A stretch of DNA of 64,000 nucleotides from NCBI RefSeq assembly GCF_009914755.1, contig NC_060948.1; one strand, written 5' to 3'. A program made the translations under genes and the position numbers. The stretch comes from the human T2T-CHM13v2.0 reference genome, Homo sapiens. The notes beneath the pieces were generated by a model that was given only the letters and a program-made list of their open reading frames with translations, made no database searches and was not told the DNA's origin. This document shows positions 49,446-61,300 of this stretch, piece after piece (the first letter of the stretch is position 1; each line of letters begins with the position of its first letter).

Positions 49446-49528
49446 CTCTTCTCTCTGTTCCCTGTCCTAGGGCTTAACTCCTTCTGGTAGTACTTCAGGG
49501 GATTGAGACAGAGGCCCTGACTGATGGA
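49446..49528 (-). pseudogene. TSPY: TSPY-like exon 5 (83 bp)
   Basis: cccag|TCCATC...AAGAG|gtaag. Encodes SISQGLCLNPLKYYQKE (cf. ILCKDLWRNPLQYYKR). Confidence 0.82.
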
Positions 49529-49646
49529 CTGGGTGACTGTGGAAAGGGGTCCATGACTGGTCATGTCATGGTTCAAAGCCAATTCCCCAGACGCCAAGGA
49601 AAGACTAGCAAGGTCCTTTCCCATGACACACCTCAGCGGTGCCCAC

Positions 49647-49790
49647 CTCAGCAATCCTGGCTGACCCTGAGTGGTGACAGTCAGCCAACCAGCTGAAGAA
49701 TCTCAGTTAGGCTGTCCTGCCTTAAGCTGGAGGCTTCTCCTGCATGACTCTAGAAAAACTGGGCTATGGTAGAGCCAGACACCTTGCATC
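49647..49790 (-). pseudogene. TSPY: TSPY-like exon 4 (144 bp)
   Basis: ctccag|GATGC...GCTGAG|gtggg. In-frame TAG at 49750-49752, then a frameshift before LRFFSWLADCHHSGSARIAE (cf. [20 protein letters not shown]). Confidence 0.85.
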
Positions 49791-49876
49791 CTGGAGCAAG
49801 AGGAGTCGGGAAGGCTAATGTCAGGCCTAGCCTTCCACACTCCACCCCCTCTACCATGCTGGGAGGCACTCCTTAC

Positions 49877-49988
49877 AGAGGATACCAACCTGATACTCCT
49901 TAATGATCACTTCATTGTGGAAATATGCGTGTGATAAAAGGAAAACTTCATCCTGCCACTGGTACCTGGGATGGCTGAGTTCCTCCAC
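49877..49988 (-). pseudogene. TSPY: TSPY-like exon 3 (112 bp)
   Basis: cag|GTGGAGGAA...CTCT|gtaagg. Encodes VEELSHPRYQ / RMKFSFYH / YFHNEVIIKEYQVGIL with compensating +1/-1 frameshifts. Confidence 0.85.
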
Positions 49989-50178
49989 CTGCCAGGCCAA
50001 GAAGAGGACAGACTCAAAGGGACCATTTCATCTAGCTGGGCTGAGGGCCTGTGGGCTGGGGTGAAGCATGCATTTACCCTTCCCAACTCTCCTGCTGAGA
50101 CACCCCCAGTCCCCAGGAGGTCCTCAAACTGACCAGGACCCATGACCCCTCCCCCAGACTCAGCCACCCAAGCCTGAT

Positions 50179-50259
50179 CTGCAAATCGATCATGGAGCTT
50201 ACTTAGCAGGACTTCCTCATGTTTTCTGAACCCTGCCGACATCTGGGTGTGTGCACCAT
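50179..50259 (-). pseudogene. TSPY: TSPY-like exon 2
   Basis: Acceptor GGCAG at 50260-50264. Encodes HTQMSAGFRKHEEVLLS...MIDLQ across frameshifts (cf. [23 protein letters not shown]). Donor reads ATCAGG. Confidence 0.7.
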
Positions 50260-51262
50260 CTGCCTGTGGTCAAGGAGCCTCCAGATGATTGGATGGGCAT
50301 GCCAGGAAACACCCTGCAAATTTACAAGACCTGGGAGAGTGTTGGGTAGGGCTATTCCCCAGACCTTTGGCCTGGCACCCTGCATTGGTGGTCCTGTCTC
50401 TGTCCAGCACTGGGGGCATGGTAGCAGATGTGGTGGTCTTGTGGGTCGGTGGAGGGAGTCCCGGAAAGCATCCGCTGACAATGAGCAGGAGGGACAAGCA
50501 GGGAGATTGGGTGTGGGGTGCTGTAGTGTGAGGCAGCTGTTTCCTCAGAGTTCCTGAGCTGCACGTGGCCATTGTGTGCTGGGTGCTGGACAGGCTCTGC
50601 TGAGGGTGTCCAGGTGTGTGGTGCCCTCTTGTCCTGGTCTCTCTGTGGGTTGGTTATGTGCACTTGAGGGAACTGCTGTGTGTAGAAGGGACTGCAGGGC
50701 TGTGCCTGGCACTCCCCATTGGGCTCACATGTGTACAACAGAGATTTTATATGCTCAGGGCCTACAGCTCTTTGGGTGCAGGGCAGGCAGAGGGAAGAAA
50801 ACCTGTTTGGGGAGCTGGTGCTTGCCTTGCAGAGGACAGCAGCCCCATGCACTGTGAACCCGAGTCTTCAGCACCTTGTGTTTCTAGAGTGAATTTGCTG
50901 GACACAGACATGGGTAGTGGTTGTGGTTCCGTGGCTGGTATGAGCATGCAGACTCCCCTTCCTCCAAGGACTTTCCCAGGGAAACATACCCTTCAACTCT
51001 CTGCTGTGCAAGAAGGGTCCTTGGCACCGCTATTCTCCCTTGTGCATGCTGAGCTTGGCCCGCAGTCCCTACCACATGCTCTCAGGGCACCCGCAAACAA
51101 GCTGCCCTCCTATCTGCGGGAGTCTGCCCTCAGATCCCCTTGTTGTCCCCTGTGCCCTGCCTCCTGGCTGACCCCATGTGCCTCTGGACTGGCTCCCTTG
51201 CCCTGGTAGCCTGACGCCCAGCCCCTGCTCTCAGACATCCCGAATGGGCAGCTCAAGGATAT

Positions 51263-51677
51263 GGCTGTGGCCCAGAAGCTGGAGATGCCCTGGCTGATGG
51301 CCCATGTGCCATCCAGCCTAGGCAGATGCCTCTGCCAAAACTTCTGCCTCAGCCCTGGGCAGTCCATATGACCTGGGGTATTCATGGAGTGCAGCTCCAA
51401 GTGAAGGACCTCAAGCATATCTGTTGCTGGCTGGGACATGCTAGGGCCAGGGCCAGGCTGTGCCTTCTGGTCCTCCTCCTGCTGCTCTATGTCGGCCTTC
51501 TCCTCAACCACCATCTGGACCATCGCCATGATGTCGTCCACCACCAGCACCTTCTCCTCTCCAAAGGGTGACTCTGTGCTTAATACCCTGGCTGCCCTCT
51601 CCTGCAGAGCCTCCAATTTGAATGGGGTGCCTCCTTTGGAGGTCCCACTGACCACAGCCTGCACTGTCCATTCCCCA
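51263..51677 (-). pseudogene. TSPY: TSPY-like exon 1 (partial), reading frame open
   Basis: ORF 51110-51691 residues ~6-143 are homologous to the TSPY N-terminus. The exon ends after ...FWATA at 51263, followed by ATATCC instead of a GT donor. Confidence 0.88.
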
Positions 51678-51721
51678 TCTGGATAATACATCCTTAAAAT
51701 ATCCTTCAGAAAAAAAAAACC

Positions 51722-52139
51722 TTAAAAGTGTTCCTATTTCTCCATATTCTCTCCAACATCTGCTGTTTCCTGACTTTTTAATGATCGCCATTCTAACTGG
51801 CATGAGATGGTCTCTCATTGTGATTACAGGGTCATGTATGGAGCTGGAAACCATCATACTAAGCAAACTATCACAAGGACAGAAAACCAAACACTGCATG
51901 TTGTCACTCTTAAGTGGGAGTTGAACAATGAGGACACATGGACACAGGGTGAGGAACATCACACTGGTAGGGGGTTGGGGGGCTGGGGAGGGATAGCATT
52001 AGGGGAAATACCTAATGTGAATGGTGAGTTGATGGGTGCAGCAAACCAACATGGCACATGTATCCCTATGTAACAAACCTGCACATTCTGCACCTGTATG
52101 CTAGTGCTTAAAGTACAATAAAAAAATTAAAAAGAAAAA
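51722..52139. mobile_element. Short 5'-inverted (twin-primed) L1PA: 51722-51825 minus, 51824-52139 plus with A-tail
   Basis: The minus part encodes [33 protein letters not shown] (ORF2p). The plus part is the ORF2 end and 3'UTR (GGAAACCATCAT...GTAACAAACCTGCAC...AATAAAAAA). Confidence 0.9.
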
Positions 52140-53391
52140 TAGCTCTCCAAACCCAAATACTAAATAAAAAATGAGTATCAAGTGGCCTAGAGTGTAACTT
52201 ACATGAAAACATCACAGATATGTAGCAGATAGTTTCTAAATGCCACCATAAGCCTGGTGGTCTGCAAGAAGCTTAGAAAAACATGGTCTTTGCTTTTCTG
52301 AGTGTGCAGTTGTTACAGGCACATAGATAAATGAGGAATAATAAGTGTGAGAACTGTTGTAATAGGCAAATACAGGAAATATAACTGGAAATATGGGCAA
52401 TGATTTTGACAAAACATTAATAAACAATGAAATGTAAAAAAAAAGACATGATTTTAATAAGCATTTCCTTCTTCATCCCTCCAGAAGAAAACTCATGCCT
52501 CTGCTTCATTGGCTGACATGCTCCTAAGTAGATGTAACAACTCTGATTTGTATTACTCAATCATATTTTCCTCATTTATGAAACACCAGTTCACAGATCC
52601 TTTTGAAGATCAAATGAGAATATTTACTGTTACTGTATTAACTGTCAAGTGCTACACAACTGTTATTGTCTCATGGTGGATTTATACTGTGTATATCACA
52701 TGGTTAGCATAGCATTCTCATAAAGGAAATCTTGAAATGTGTCTGCTGCTCAGTTTTTATTTTTCAAATGTTTCAGTCATTATTATTTATCATATGATTT
52801 CTAGGGGCTTTTGAATTTTAAAGAGAATATATATAAACAGAAAAGAGAAGGACAATGAAATTGTGAGACAACAGTCATAATTTCATTGACTAATTCAATT
52901 GCTTATAAAGTGAGATTAGATTATATTTCTCCTAAAAGATCCTCAGAGAAATTCTAAAATGATGCACCCGCTGTTTGAATGACCATAAACTTGTTGCTTA
53001 AGTTAGAGTTAACTATTTTAAAAGCCTGTAGATACAGTAACAGTTTCATGTATTAAAACAGGGAATACAGGATTTTTAGTACTACTTGCCCTCACCAGAA
53101 AACATCATAACTTTTAAACAGTTCTTTATGTCAAATTAAATTTTTCATTTTTCTACCAAATGTTTTGGATGATGTATGTATTTTTAAATGTATTTTCACC
53201 CTTATTGTACTTCTGTGATAAGCTGAAGACTTAAATTCACATCATAATTATCTTTCAGTCTTATTTGTCTGTTCCAAGTGGTTCACAGAAATAAAGAATT
53301 CCATGTATGCTTGTATCTTTCAGCAACCTTATTTCAGATAACCGTGCCCTTTACTGCATAAATGACATGTACAGGTCCAAAGGCAGCAGCG

Positions 53392-53484
53392 GGAGGAGGA
53401 GGAGGAGTAGGAGGAGGAGAAGAAGAAGGAGAAGGAGAAGGAGAAGGAGAAGGAGAAGGAGAAGGAGAAGGAGAAGGAGAAGAA
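53392..53484 (+). repeat. Compound STR (GGA)5 GTA (GGA)3 (GAA)3 (GGAGAA)9; matches recalled structure of Y-STR DYS596
   Basis: Repeat counts read directly. The marker name is from memory of the repeat structure and is unverified. Confidence 0.75.
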
Positions 53485-55417
53485 CTGGAAAAGGAAGAGG
53501 AAGAAGAGAAGTTTCATATCTATACATTTGTAACACTATATCAGAAACTCAGTAGTAATAGTGAAATAAAAAAATTCATAGTCAATTTCATCTCATACCT
53601 AGACTGAAATATGAATCTTGAAAAGGAAGTTAAGAACTTTGGGCTTGTCAAAATTTTCCTATATGATAAAATTATTGGAGACTTTCTCTCACTAGAAAAC
53701 AAACAAAAATCAATGTTTTGTATATGTGTAAATAAAAATATTTTTATTTCTCTCAGTTATGACATGCAAGCAAGTAATAAAGTGAAAGAACAATAATAAA
53801 ATGATATAAGGAAATTTATCTGTATCAAAAAATTTCATTGAGGCTATTAATTTTACAAAAACCATAGAGAATGCTTCATGAAACTACATTATATAGTACT
53901 TTTTAGTATTTTACTTACATTTTAAATCATCAACAAATTAAAGGAAGTTCTTAATAATTATTTATTACCAATAACATGATTCTACTCAAGCAATCCTTTT
54001 GAGATTAAGTATTTTAAATAAAACTTTAAAAACAAATGGTACCGACTGATATCAGCTTTCAATGAAATAATACTTCTGTATTTGTAGTAATGTGAAGTAT
54101 AACTTTCTCCTCACAGTGGATCTTTTATAACATCAGTATTAGTGTTTTCTCTGATATAAACACTGTGATACTCACAGCTTTCCTGTATCCATACATTACA
54201 TGTCTTCGGAGAGTAGGCTTCAAACAGATGGGAAAATTATATTTGTGAAAAAATTCTCGAGAAAGGAATGGTAAAATGGGAGAATAATTTCCAAATTTCT
54301 AACTGTTCATCAATGCATTTGGCTATATTTAGATATAGACAAATATTTTCACACTGCAAGTTTGTGCATGGGTATATAAATGTGTATGTGATACCCATAA
54401 TGTGTGTGTTGTGTAATCTTTTAATTAATCCTCCCTTTTACATGTGGGAAATTTGGTAAGGACTTATCAAGTCCTCAATTTGAAGTGCTATACTCAATTT
54501 GATGTAAAGCCAACAAAATCTCTATCAATATTTCTTTCAGTTAATCCAATAATGTGAACTGCTGATAGCTTCATTCTCTTTGTCTCCTGTTGGCAGCTGA
54601 AAGTTGATTCTCACTCTATTTCAGTGCTCAGGGTGCCATCCACAAGAAACTATCCCCTTGCTGTGGATTGTGACCTCTGACTCCACCACTTTCATCCTAT
54701 AAGAGTCCTATATTTGCATATTTAATGAACTTTGTGCATGGTTAAAAAAATAAAAGTGCAATGAAATGTCAGGCCATGCTGTGAAATGTTCCATTTTTTC
54801 TGTATCTCAAATTCACCTTTCATGTTATAGAGGACAAGAAAAACAATTAAATATGTTTCTTAGTATCCAGTCCAATGCGCCCCTTCTTATTAATATGCCA
54901 AACCACTCCCTTCAAAGCAAGGACCTCTAAACACAGCTAGATGTATCAAAATCTCTTCTAATTAATAGCCATTATGTTAATCACTGCTGTCCAGATCTTG
55001 ACTCTGAAATCCTCAGGTGGAAATTGCTATAATGGTTCAAATTACAGGAATGACTATGTTTCGGCATAATTACTGCTATCATCTTACTGAAAAATATAAC
55101 ATTAGATGGCAACTTTTAGTTAAATAAATCCTATTGATTAATTTTTAATGTTCAGCATTTATGATATTGCACAAGTTTTGATAACTTAAATGGTTAGCTG
55201 AGCAATAACTAAAATAACTCACAGCAATTCAAACATTCATTTACTTACTAGAAGTGCCATACATCATTAACTTCTGATGAAAACAAAGTTGGGAAATTGC
55301 AACTGGCTACTGAAATATGTATTTCAGGGTATTTTATAAAACTATCTGTGCCATGTATGATGCCTTACCTGCAAGATAAACCTGTAACATATATAAAAAT
55401 AAATGTCTTTGGTTCTT

Positions 55418-55689
55418 TTTTTTTTTTTTTTTTTTTTTTTGAGACGGAGTCTCGCTGTCGCCCACGCTGGAGTGCAGTGGCGCAATCTCGGCTCACTGCA
55501 GCCTCCGCCCCCTGGGGTTCACGCCATTCTCCTGCCTCAGCCTCCCGAGTAGCTGGGACTACAGGCGCCCGCCACCTCGCCCGGCTAATTTTTTGTATTT
55601 TTAGTAGAGACGGGGTTTCACCGTGTTAGCCAGGATGGTCTCGATCTCCTGACCTCGTGATCCGCCCGCCTCGGCCTCCCAAAGTGCTG
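55418..55689 (-). mobile_element. Young AluY (AluYe-like), 5'-truncated, perfect 16-bp TSD
   Basis: CpG-rich with a pure T-tail. TSD AATGTCTTTGGTTCTT at 55402-55417 and 55690-55705. Minus-strand variants GGGCGAGGTGG, GAACCCCAGGGGGCGG and GGGCGACAGCGAGAC match recalled AluYe diagnostics. Confidence 0.95.
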
Positions 55690-55957
55690 AATGTCTTTGG
55701 TTCTTAATATCTCTCTACATTTGTCTTCATAACCTCAAGACAAAAACACCCATGTACTCGACTTTCAGCTGAGTTGACTACCAGTTATTAGAGTTTAAGT
55801 AAACAGAATAAAGATTTCAAAATTTGGTGATCAAATATGGGAAATCACACTCTCACCATAAGAAATAATTATTCTCAAGTGCCACTGCACATGCAAAATT
55901 GAAAGAAGAAACTAAGTCTAATATATTGCAATATTCTCAAATTTAAAATTTCCTCTT

Positions 55958-56260
55958 GGAGTTCTGGTGGTTCATGCCTGAAATTGCAGATCTTTGGGAG
56001 GCTGAGAAGGGAGGATTGTTTCAAGCCCAAAGTTTGAGACCAGCACAGGCAACATAGCAAGACCTATCTCTACAAATGTAACTAACTGATTAATTAAATA
56101 CATTGGACATGATGGCACACATCTGTTGTTCTATTTATTTAGGAGTGGAAGGTTGTAGTGAACTGTGATCGCACACTGCACTTCAGCCTGAGCCATGGGG
56201 CAAGACTTTGTCTCTACAAAATATTTCAATACAATAAAACAAAATAAATTAAAATAAAAA
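55958..56260 (+). mobile_element. Old Alu (AluJ-like), degraded
   Basis: GGTGGTTCATGCCTG...TTTGGGAGGCTGAG...GGAGGATTG...GCAACATAGCAAGACC...ACTGCACTTCAGCCTG. Confidence 0.75.
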
Positions 56261-57421
56261 CACTTTCAGATGTTTTTTGGAAGTTCATATAATTGCTCCA
56301 AAAGAATACACAGTTTAAAGCTGATCAGTTCATGGGGAATGGGCATTGAACATTGTTTATATTGTTTTCCAAAAATTATGATAAATATGTTAGAATATTA
56401 TATATAAATATCTAACAACATTTTGTAAAATAAGTATTGATAAATGTCAAGCCATTGTGCTTATAGACTTTTCCTTCAAAATATTCATAGTTTAATTGGA
56501 GAATGAAGAGGAAAGTAATAATTGCAATGTACTCTGACAAGTGTTACAATATATACAATTTCGTAACTTAGTTGGAGAGGAAGGAAGTTCTTAACTGGGT
56601 TTGCAGGGATGTGGGCAACCTTCTTAGGGCAGGAACAATTGACTGCATCTGTAAGTATACCAATTTGCAAGAAGAATGGGAGAATAACATTGTATAAAAA
56701 AAGAAACATTCTTTCTATCAATGATAAAAGTACTAACAGTGCATATGATGCCATCTGCCCAATTCTTACATCATACTAGCTCCATAAATATTTCTTGAAA
56801 GAATCCATGAATGGAAAATATTGGGAAAAGGATTCATGAGGGGATTTTCAAAATCCTATAAAGGAAAGGTAAGTACACTGTACTTCACAATTTTGTCTGC
56901 TCTTCTTTACATTCTTGTTGTTTACTACCTCATAAGCTCTGTTTTACTTTTTGGTTTTTTCACAAATATCATGCATAAATTGTTCCTGAGACTACTTTCT
57001 CTTTATCCCTTGATACTATGTTTGTCTCTGTTACTCCTTTATGTGAGGTCCTGGGTTTGTATGCCCACAGCTACATCTTTTACCTCTCCCTATCACTGTT
57101 CTGTAAAAGAGAGGCCTGGCCCCTCGGAGGCATGGTTCCTAGGCTCCCGTAAAAATTACTTCCTGTTTCAGTTCAGCCAAGGGGTGACAATGCAGAGATT
57201 AGATAACAAGAAGATGAGAGAAGCCAGTTTGTTTCCCTTTCCTTCTCAGTAGGGGATATGTTTCTGCAGTGATTCTATGGCCTGCAGGACATGCTCCATG
57301 TGCTTCCATTTTCCATGTAGTGACCCTAATCCTAAATTGGCTCTTCTAATGCCATTTTATCCAGTTGTCTTCTCTAAAGGATTTGGGTACTATTTTTGGA
57401 GTTTTAAATTAAAAAAAAAAT

Positions 57422-58201
57422 TGATATGGAAGGAGGGCAGGGAAATGGCTGTTAGAGAATGGTGTGGTTCTTGGCTATGGGTCCACCCTCAGGCCTGTGC
57501 TCACTGAACTAGATGAGTACATGCACTACTGTTTTCTTGCCCAAATTCTTGAGGACTTGTGCTTCTGTTTTTTTTTGCCAAAGTGTTGCATTTTCTAAGA
57601 CCACCCTGGCCTGCCATACCCCCATCCTGTGCTATAAGAAACCCCGAGACCCTAGCTGGCAGAAACACAGCAGCTAGGCGTCGAGAGGAACCATCAGCAG
57701 AGGAAGGCACAGCAACTGGACCTTGAAAGGATACCAGAGAAAGGAGAACACAAGGACTGGCAGCAGACCATCCACCAAAGAAGAACAGGGAGTTCCACGG
57801 GGCTGTTGAGGGGGAGCGCTGAGCTGCCCCATTCTAAGGGAAAACGACCTTCCCACTCCATCTTCCTTCTGGCTCCCCATTCACCTGCTGAGAACTTCCA
57901 CTCAGTGAAACCTTGCACTTATTCTCCAAGCCCACATGTGAGCCAATTCTTCAGGTACACCAAAGCAGGAAACCCCAGGATCCAGAAAGCCCACTGTCTT
58001 TGCAGTAAGGCAGGGTGTCTAATAGAGCTAACACAAGCCACCTACAGATGGAGAAACTAAATTATCACTGTGTAACATATGCCCACTGGGTATTCAGGAA
58101 CTATAAACATTCACCCTTAGATGCTGCCTGGGGTCAAACCCCTACAACCTGTCCTCATTGCTCACCCAGAGGTGGAGGATAAGGGATGTTTTCCCATTTC
58201 A
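57422..58201 (+). mobile_element. Solo LTR, LTR1-like (ERV1)
   Basis: Starts TGATATGGAAGGAGGGCAGGGAAA, contains TGTTGCATTTTCTAAGACCACCCTGGCCTGCCA...CCCATCCTGTGCTATAAGAAACCCCGAGACCCTAG, ends TTTTCCCATTTCA. About 780 bp. Confidence 0.75.
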
Positions 58202-58339
58202 ATGAGTCTGTTTCCAATGCAGTGTGCTTTCTGCAATACTGCAGTGTTATCTCATTGCATATATTTGACAAAATAAGTTACAAACTATAACTAAAGTGAG
58301 AAGAAAATAAATGGTGGATAATAAGGAAGTAATATGAAA

Positions 58340-61300
58340 CATTGTGTTTCACAATGAAGTCCCCATGGGACCCGATTCTTGCACCCAGCCTCTTTTGGGA
58401 AAGAAGTCAGAAGAGCAGTTTCCAGAGACCATGTTACAGTCTCAGATACCTCCTTCTCCACCAGGACCCCACTACCAAGATGACTGGAAGTAGCAATAAG
58501 GTCAAGACTTTTAGGGTCCTGCAGTAGGTTATCACAGGCAGCCTTTTTCCCAATACCAGGCCGGCTTTGACTGTACCATTTTCCTCTGCTTTGGCAGGCT
58601 GACAGCTCAGACAGCCAAGTGCCAGAGTCTGCCTCACAAATGTGCATGCGCTATTTTCAAAGCACCAGGCCTAAACAGTGAGCTATGACTGGTGTCACAT
58701 TGAATGCCATTGTTGCCCAGAGACAAGTCACGGTGGCTTGGAGGAGAATTAGACCTCCATGGAGATGCATCAATGGTGGACTCTCACCTGTCTTCTCTGT
58801 GGGATCCAAGGGCAGTCCCATGATTCTAGGAGAGGGTAGACATGAGACAGTCTGAAGAAACATCAAGCAGAGTCCCAGGAATGAACCACAAAATCCTTAA
58901 GGATCCAAAAGAATCTGCAGGATTCCTCAGGTCTGCTTAGATGTTGTACAGTTGACTTTTTTTTAAACTTGTCCAATGGCGATTACTAGATACAGCCCGC
59001 CCGTGTTACCTGGCATTGCTCTCTCCCAGTTGGGTCTTCCTGCAGAAACACAGCTGAAGGAAGAACCTCATAAGCTGCAGGGCTGTGTGTTTCTGTATGA
59101 GTGTTGTGAGTGTTTGATGTCTGCTTTGCGTGTGTGGCTTAATGTATTTGTGGGTGTGTGTGTGGGAGTGTGTGCCTGTAAGTGGAGTCTGATTAAAGTA
59201 ATGTGGCTATCCCATTGCAGTGCTTCTTTTTTTGAAGTAACCCAACATTCTGGTGGCCTGTGGGTAGCTCTGCTTGGGCTGCAGAATTCCATGTTCTTTA
59301 TTTTTCTGTGGATCTTGAATTCATAATGAGTTGCGAGTCTGGCTAAGACCCGCCAGGGTCAAAATCACCTTCCCGTAAAAAACAAACAAACAAACAAACA
59401 AACAAACAAACAAACAGCTATTCTTCTAGAAAGAAGAGGAGGACATCATACCCAAGAACTAACATCTCCTTGTGTTTCATTGTCCCGCAGCCAACCCAGG
59501 GAGAGACACCAGCAGTCTTGTCCGCAGGACCCCTTGAATTTACCTCAAATTTGGTTCCCAGCTGAGCCAGTGCTTAAAGTCATCAGAGAACACTCCTCCA
59601 CTGTGTTGAGATTTCATTGTGGGTCAGAGAGTGTGAGCAGCAATAAGGTCAGATGGGGTGAGGATACAATCTGGTGAGGGGTGGATGGGGTCCTACACCT
59701 TCATTTGCAAAAAAGGTGAAGACAAATGACACAGAAGGTGCTTCCAACTGCATCCCTGCATCCTCTTAATTGCACCAGCGGTCTACACCATGGCTGTGTA
59801 TTCATCTGGGAGTACTCCAATGTGCATGGAACATTTGGAATGCAAACGGGCCATCCTGGCAAATTCCCAATTTGAGGGCTTTCATTCCCATAGCCAAATG
59901 GGAATGGCATGGATTAATGCTGAATAGAATGTGTTCTCCATGATTGGCTATTCTTTTCCTGACTTCCATGCTCCTTGTCTGCCTAGGATTTCCTGGATCT
60001 GGCTAAATGTCTTACACACTAACTGTTTCCCAGTTCACGGAAGATGACCATCATGGGAATCCATTGCTTGAGTGTGTCCTTCTAAACACTGTCATCTTTT
60101 AATGACTGGGCTTCTTGACACCTTTAACATTTTAATGTGTATTTCTGTTATTGTAAATTTCTGTTACAGACATGAGAAAGAAAACCCTTGTTCTCCCAGT
60201 TCCATCAGATGTCTGCATGATTCCTGTAGGGTGAGAAGCAGGTAGGCATGTCTGGATTTTTTCCTGGTAATCTAGGCTGCATTTCATTGCATCTGCACAT
60301 CCTTTCTCTTTGTGGAGGGAGTATTTCATTGAGCTGTTTCTGGATGTGACTGCCTTTCACCAAAGATCTCTTGGCTGCCAGGGATTTCAGGGGGCAAAGA
60401 GAAGTCGGGTAGGCTGGCTGCACTTCAGGGTGTTGGTCATGGTCTCTTTGTTGGGGCTGAGGTTATTTACACTTTGCAGGAGGCTTTTGGATCATCTGAC
60501 TAGAATGTTTGAATGTCATTTGGACTTCAGCACAAGTCAGCTCATTCTCTCAGGTGAGATTTGATTTTTCTTTCTTTCATAGTGGGTCCACAGTGACTTT
60601 CAACAACACTACTGGACATAATTTTCAGGCTTGCAATCACAACAGATGGCCTCTGACACAGTGTCTTAACCAAATCTGCATCTGTGAGCCCCCAGTTTGA
60701 GGTGTGAGAGCACAGCTCCACCTTGGATTTGCCTTCTTCATGGTCTCTGCCTTTCCCAGACAGTTCTTGTGGGGTCCAGGTTCAAGGGAGGAAGTGAGGT
60801 AAAGGACACAGCCTTCTTTCACTGACACCCACCTCTGGGGTCTCAGGTATGATTCTACCCATCAAAAATCCCTCAAAAACTCACTGGACTATATTCCAAA
60901 CCCAAAGGACCTGATTCTTGCACACAGCCTCTTTCAGGAATGGCGTCAGAAGAGCAGTTTCCAGGGACCCTCTTACTGTCTCAAAACTGCTTCTCCAGCA
61001 GTACTAAAACGGCCCAACAGATCCGTAAGGTTGAGACTTACAGGGTCCCACAGAGTGTTATTGCAGGCAGCCTTTCTCCCGATACCAGGCCGGCTCCGCC
61101 TGTACCATTTTCCTCTGCTTAGGAAGGCTCACGTATCTGAGAGTTGGGCATCCACCCCTGCCTCTCAAATGCCTGCGCACTATTCTCCTGACACCAGGTC
61201 TGAGATGTGAGCTCTGTGTGGCGTCATAATAAATGACACCATTGCCTAGTGAAAAGTCATTGCAGTTTGGTGCAGAAGGATAGCTCCGTGGAGGTGTGTC

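Larger units (their letters stand above)
49446..51677 (-). pseudogene. TSPY: Unprocessed TSPY pseudogene (exons 1-5 recognisable, 5' end lost, terminal exon not identified)
   Basis: Five colinear segments align to the recalled TSPY1 protein. Exon 1: KGGTPFKLEALQE...VDDIMA...PGPGP...SFWATA. Exon 2: QMSA...EEVLLS. Exon 3: VEE...MKFSF...YFHNEVIIKEY. Exon 4: FFSWLAD...RIAE. Exon 5: NPLKYY. It carries a stop, frameshifts and two AT-starting donors. Confidence 0.92.

Noticed and set aside
50219-51209. Several 100-197 aa ORFs
   Set aside because: They lie in GC-rich TSPY intron 1 on both strands, with no recognisable homology.
53307-53607. Protamine-like poly-Arg and RPGR-like Glu-Gly ORFs; faint TGPKAA resemblance to the USP9 C-terminus
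   Set aside because: These are translations of the compound STR. The USP9 similarity is too short to support.
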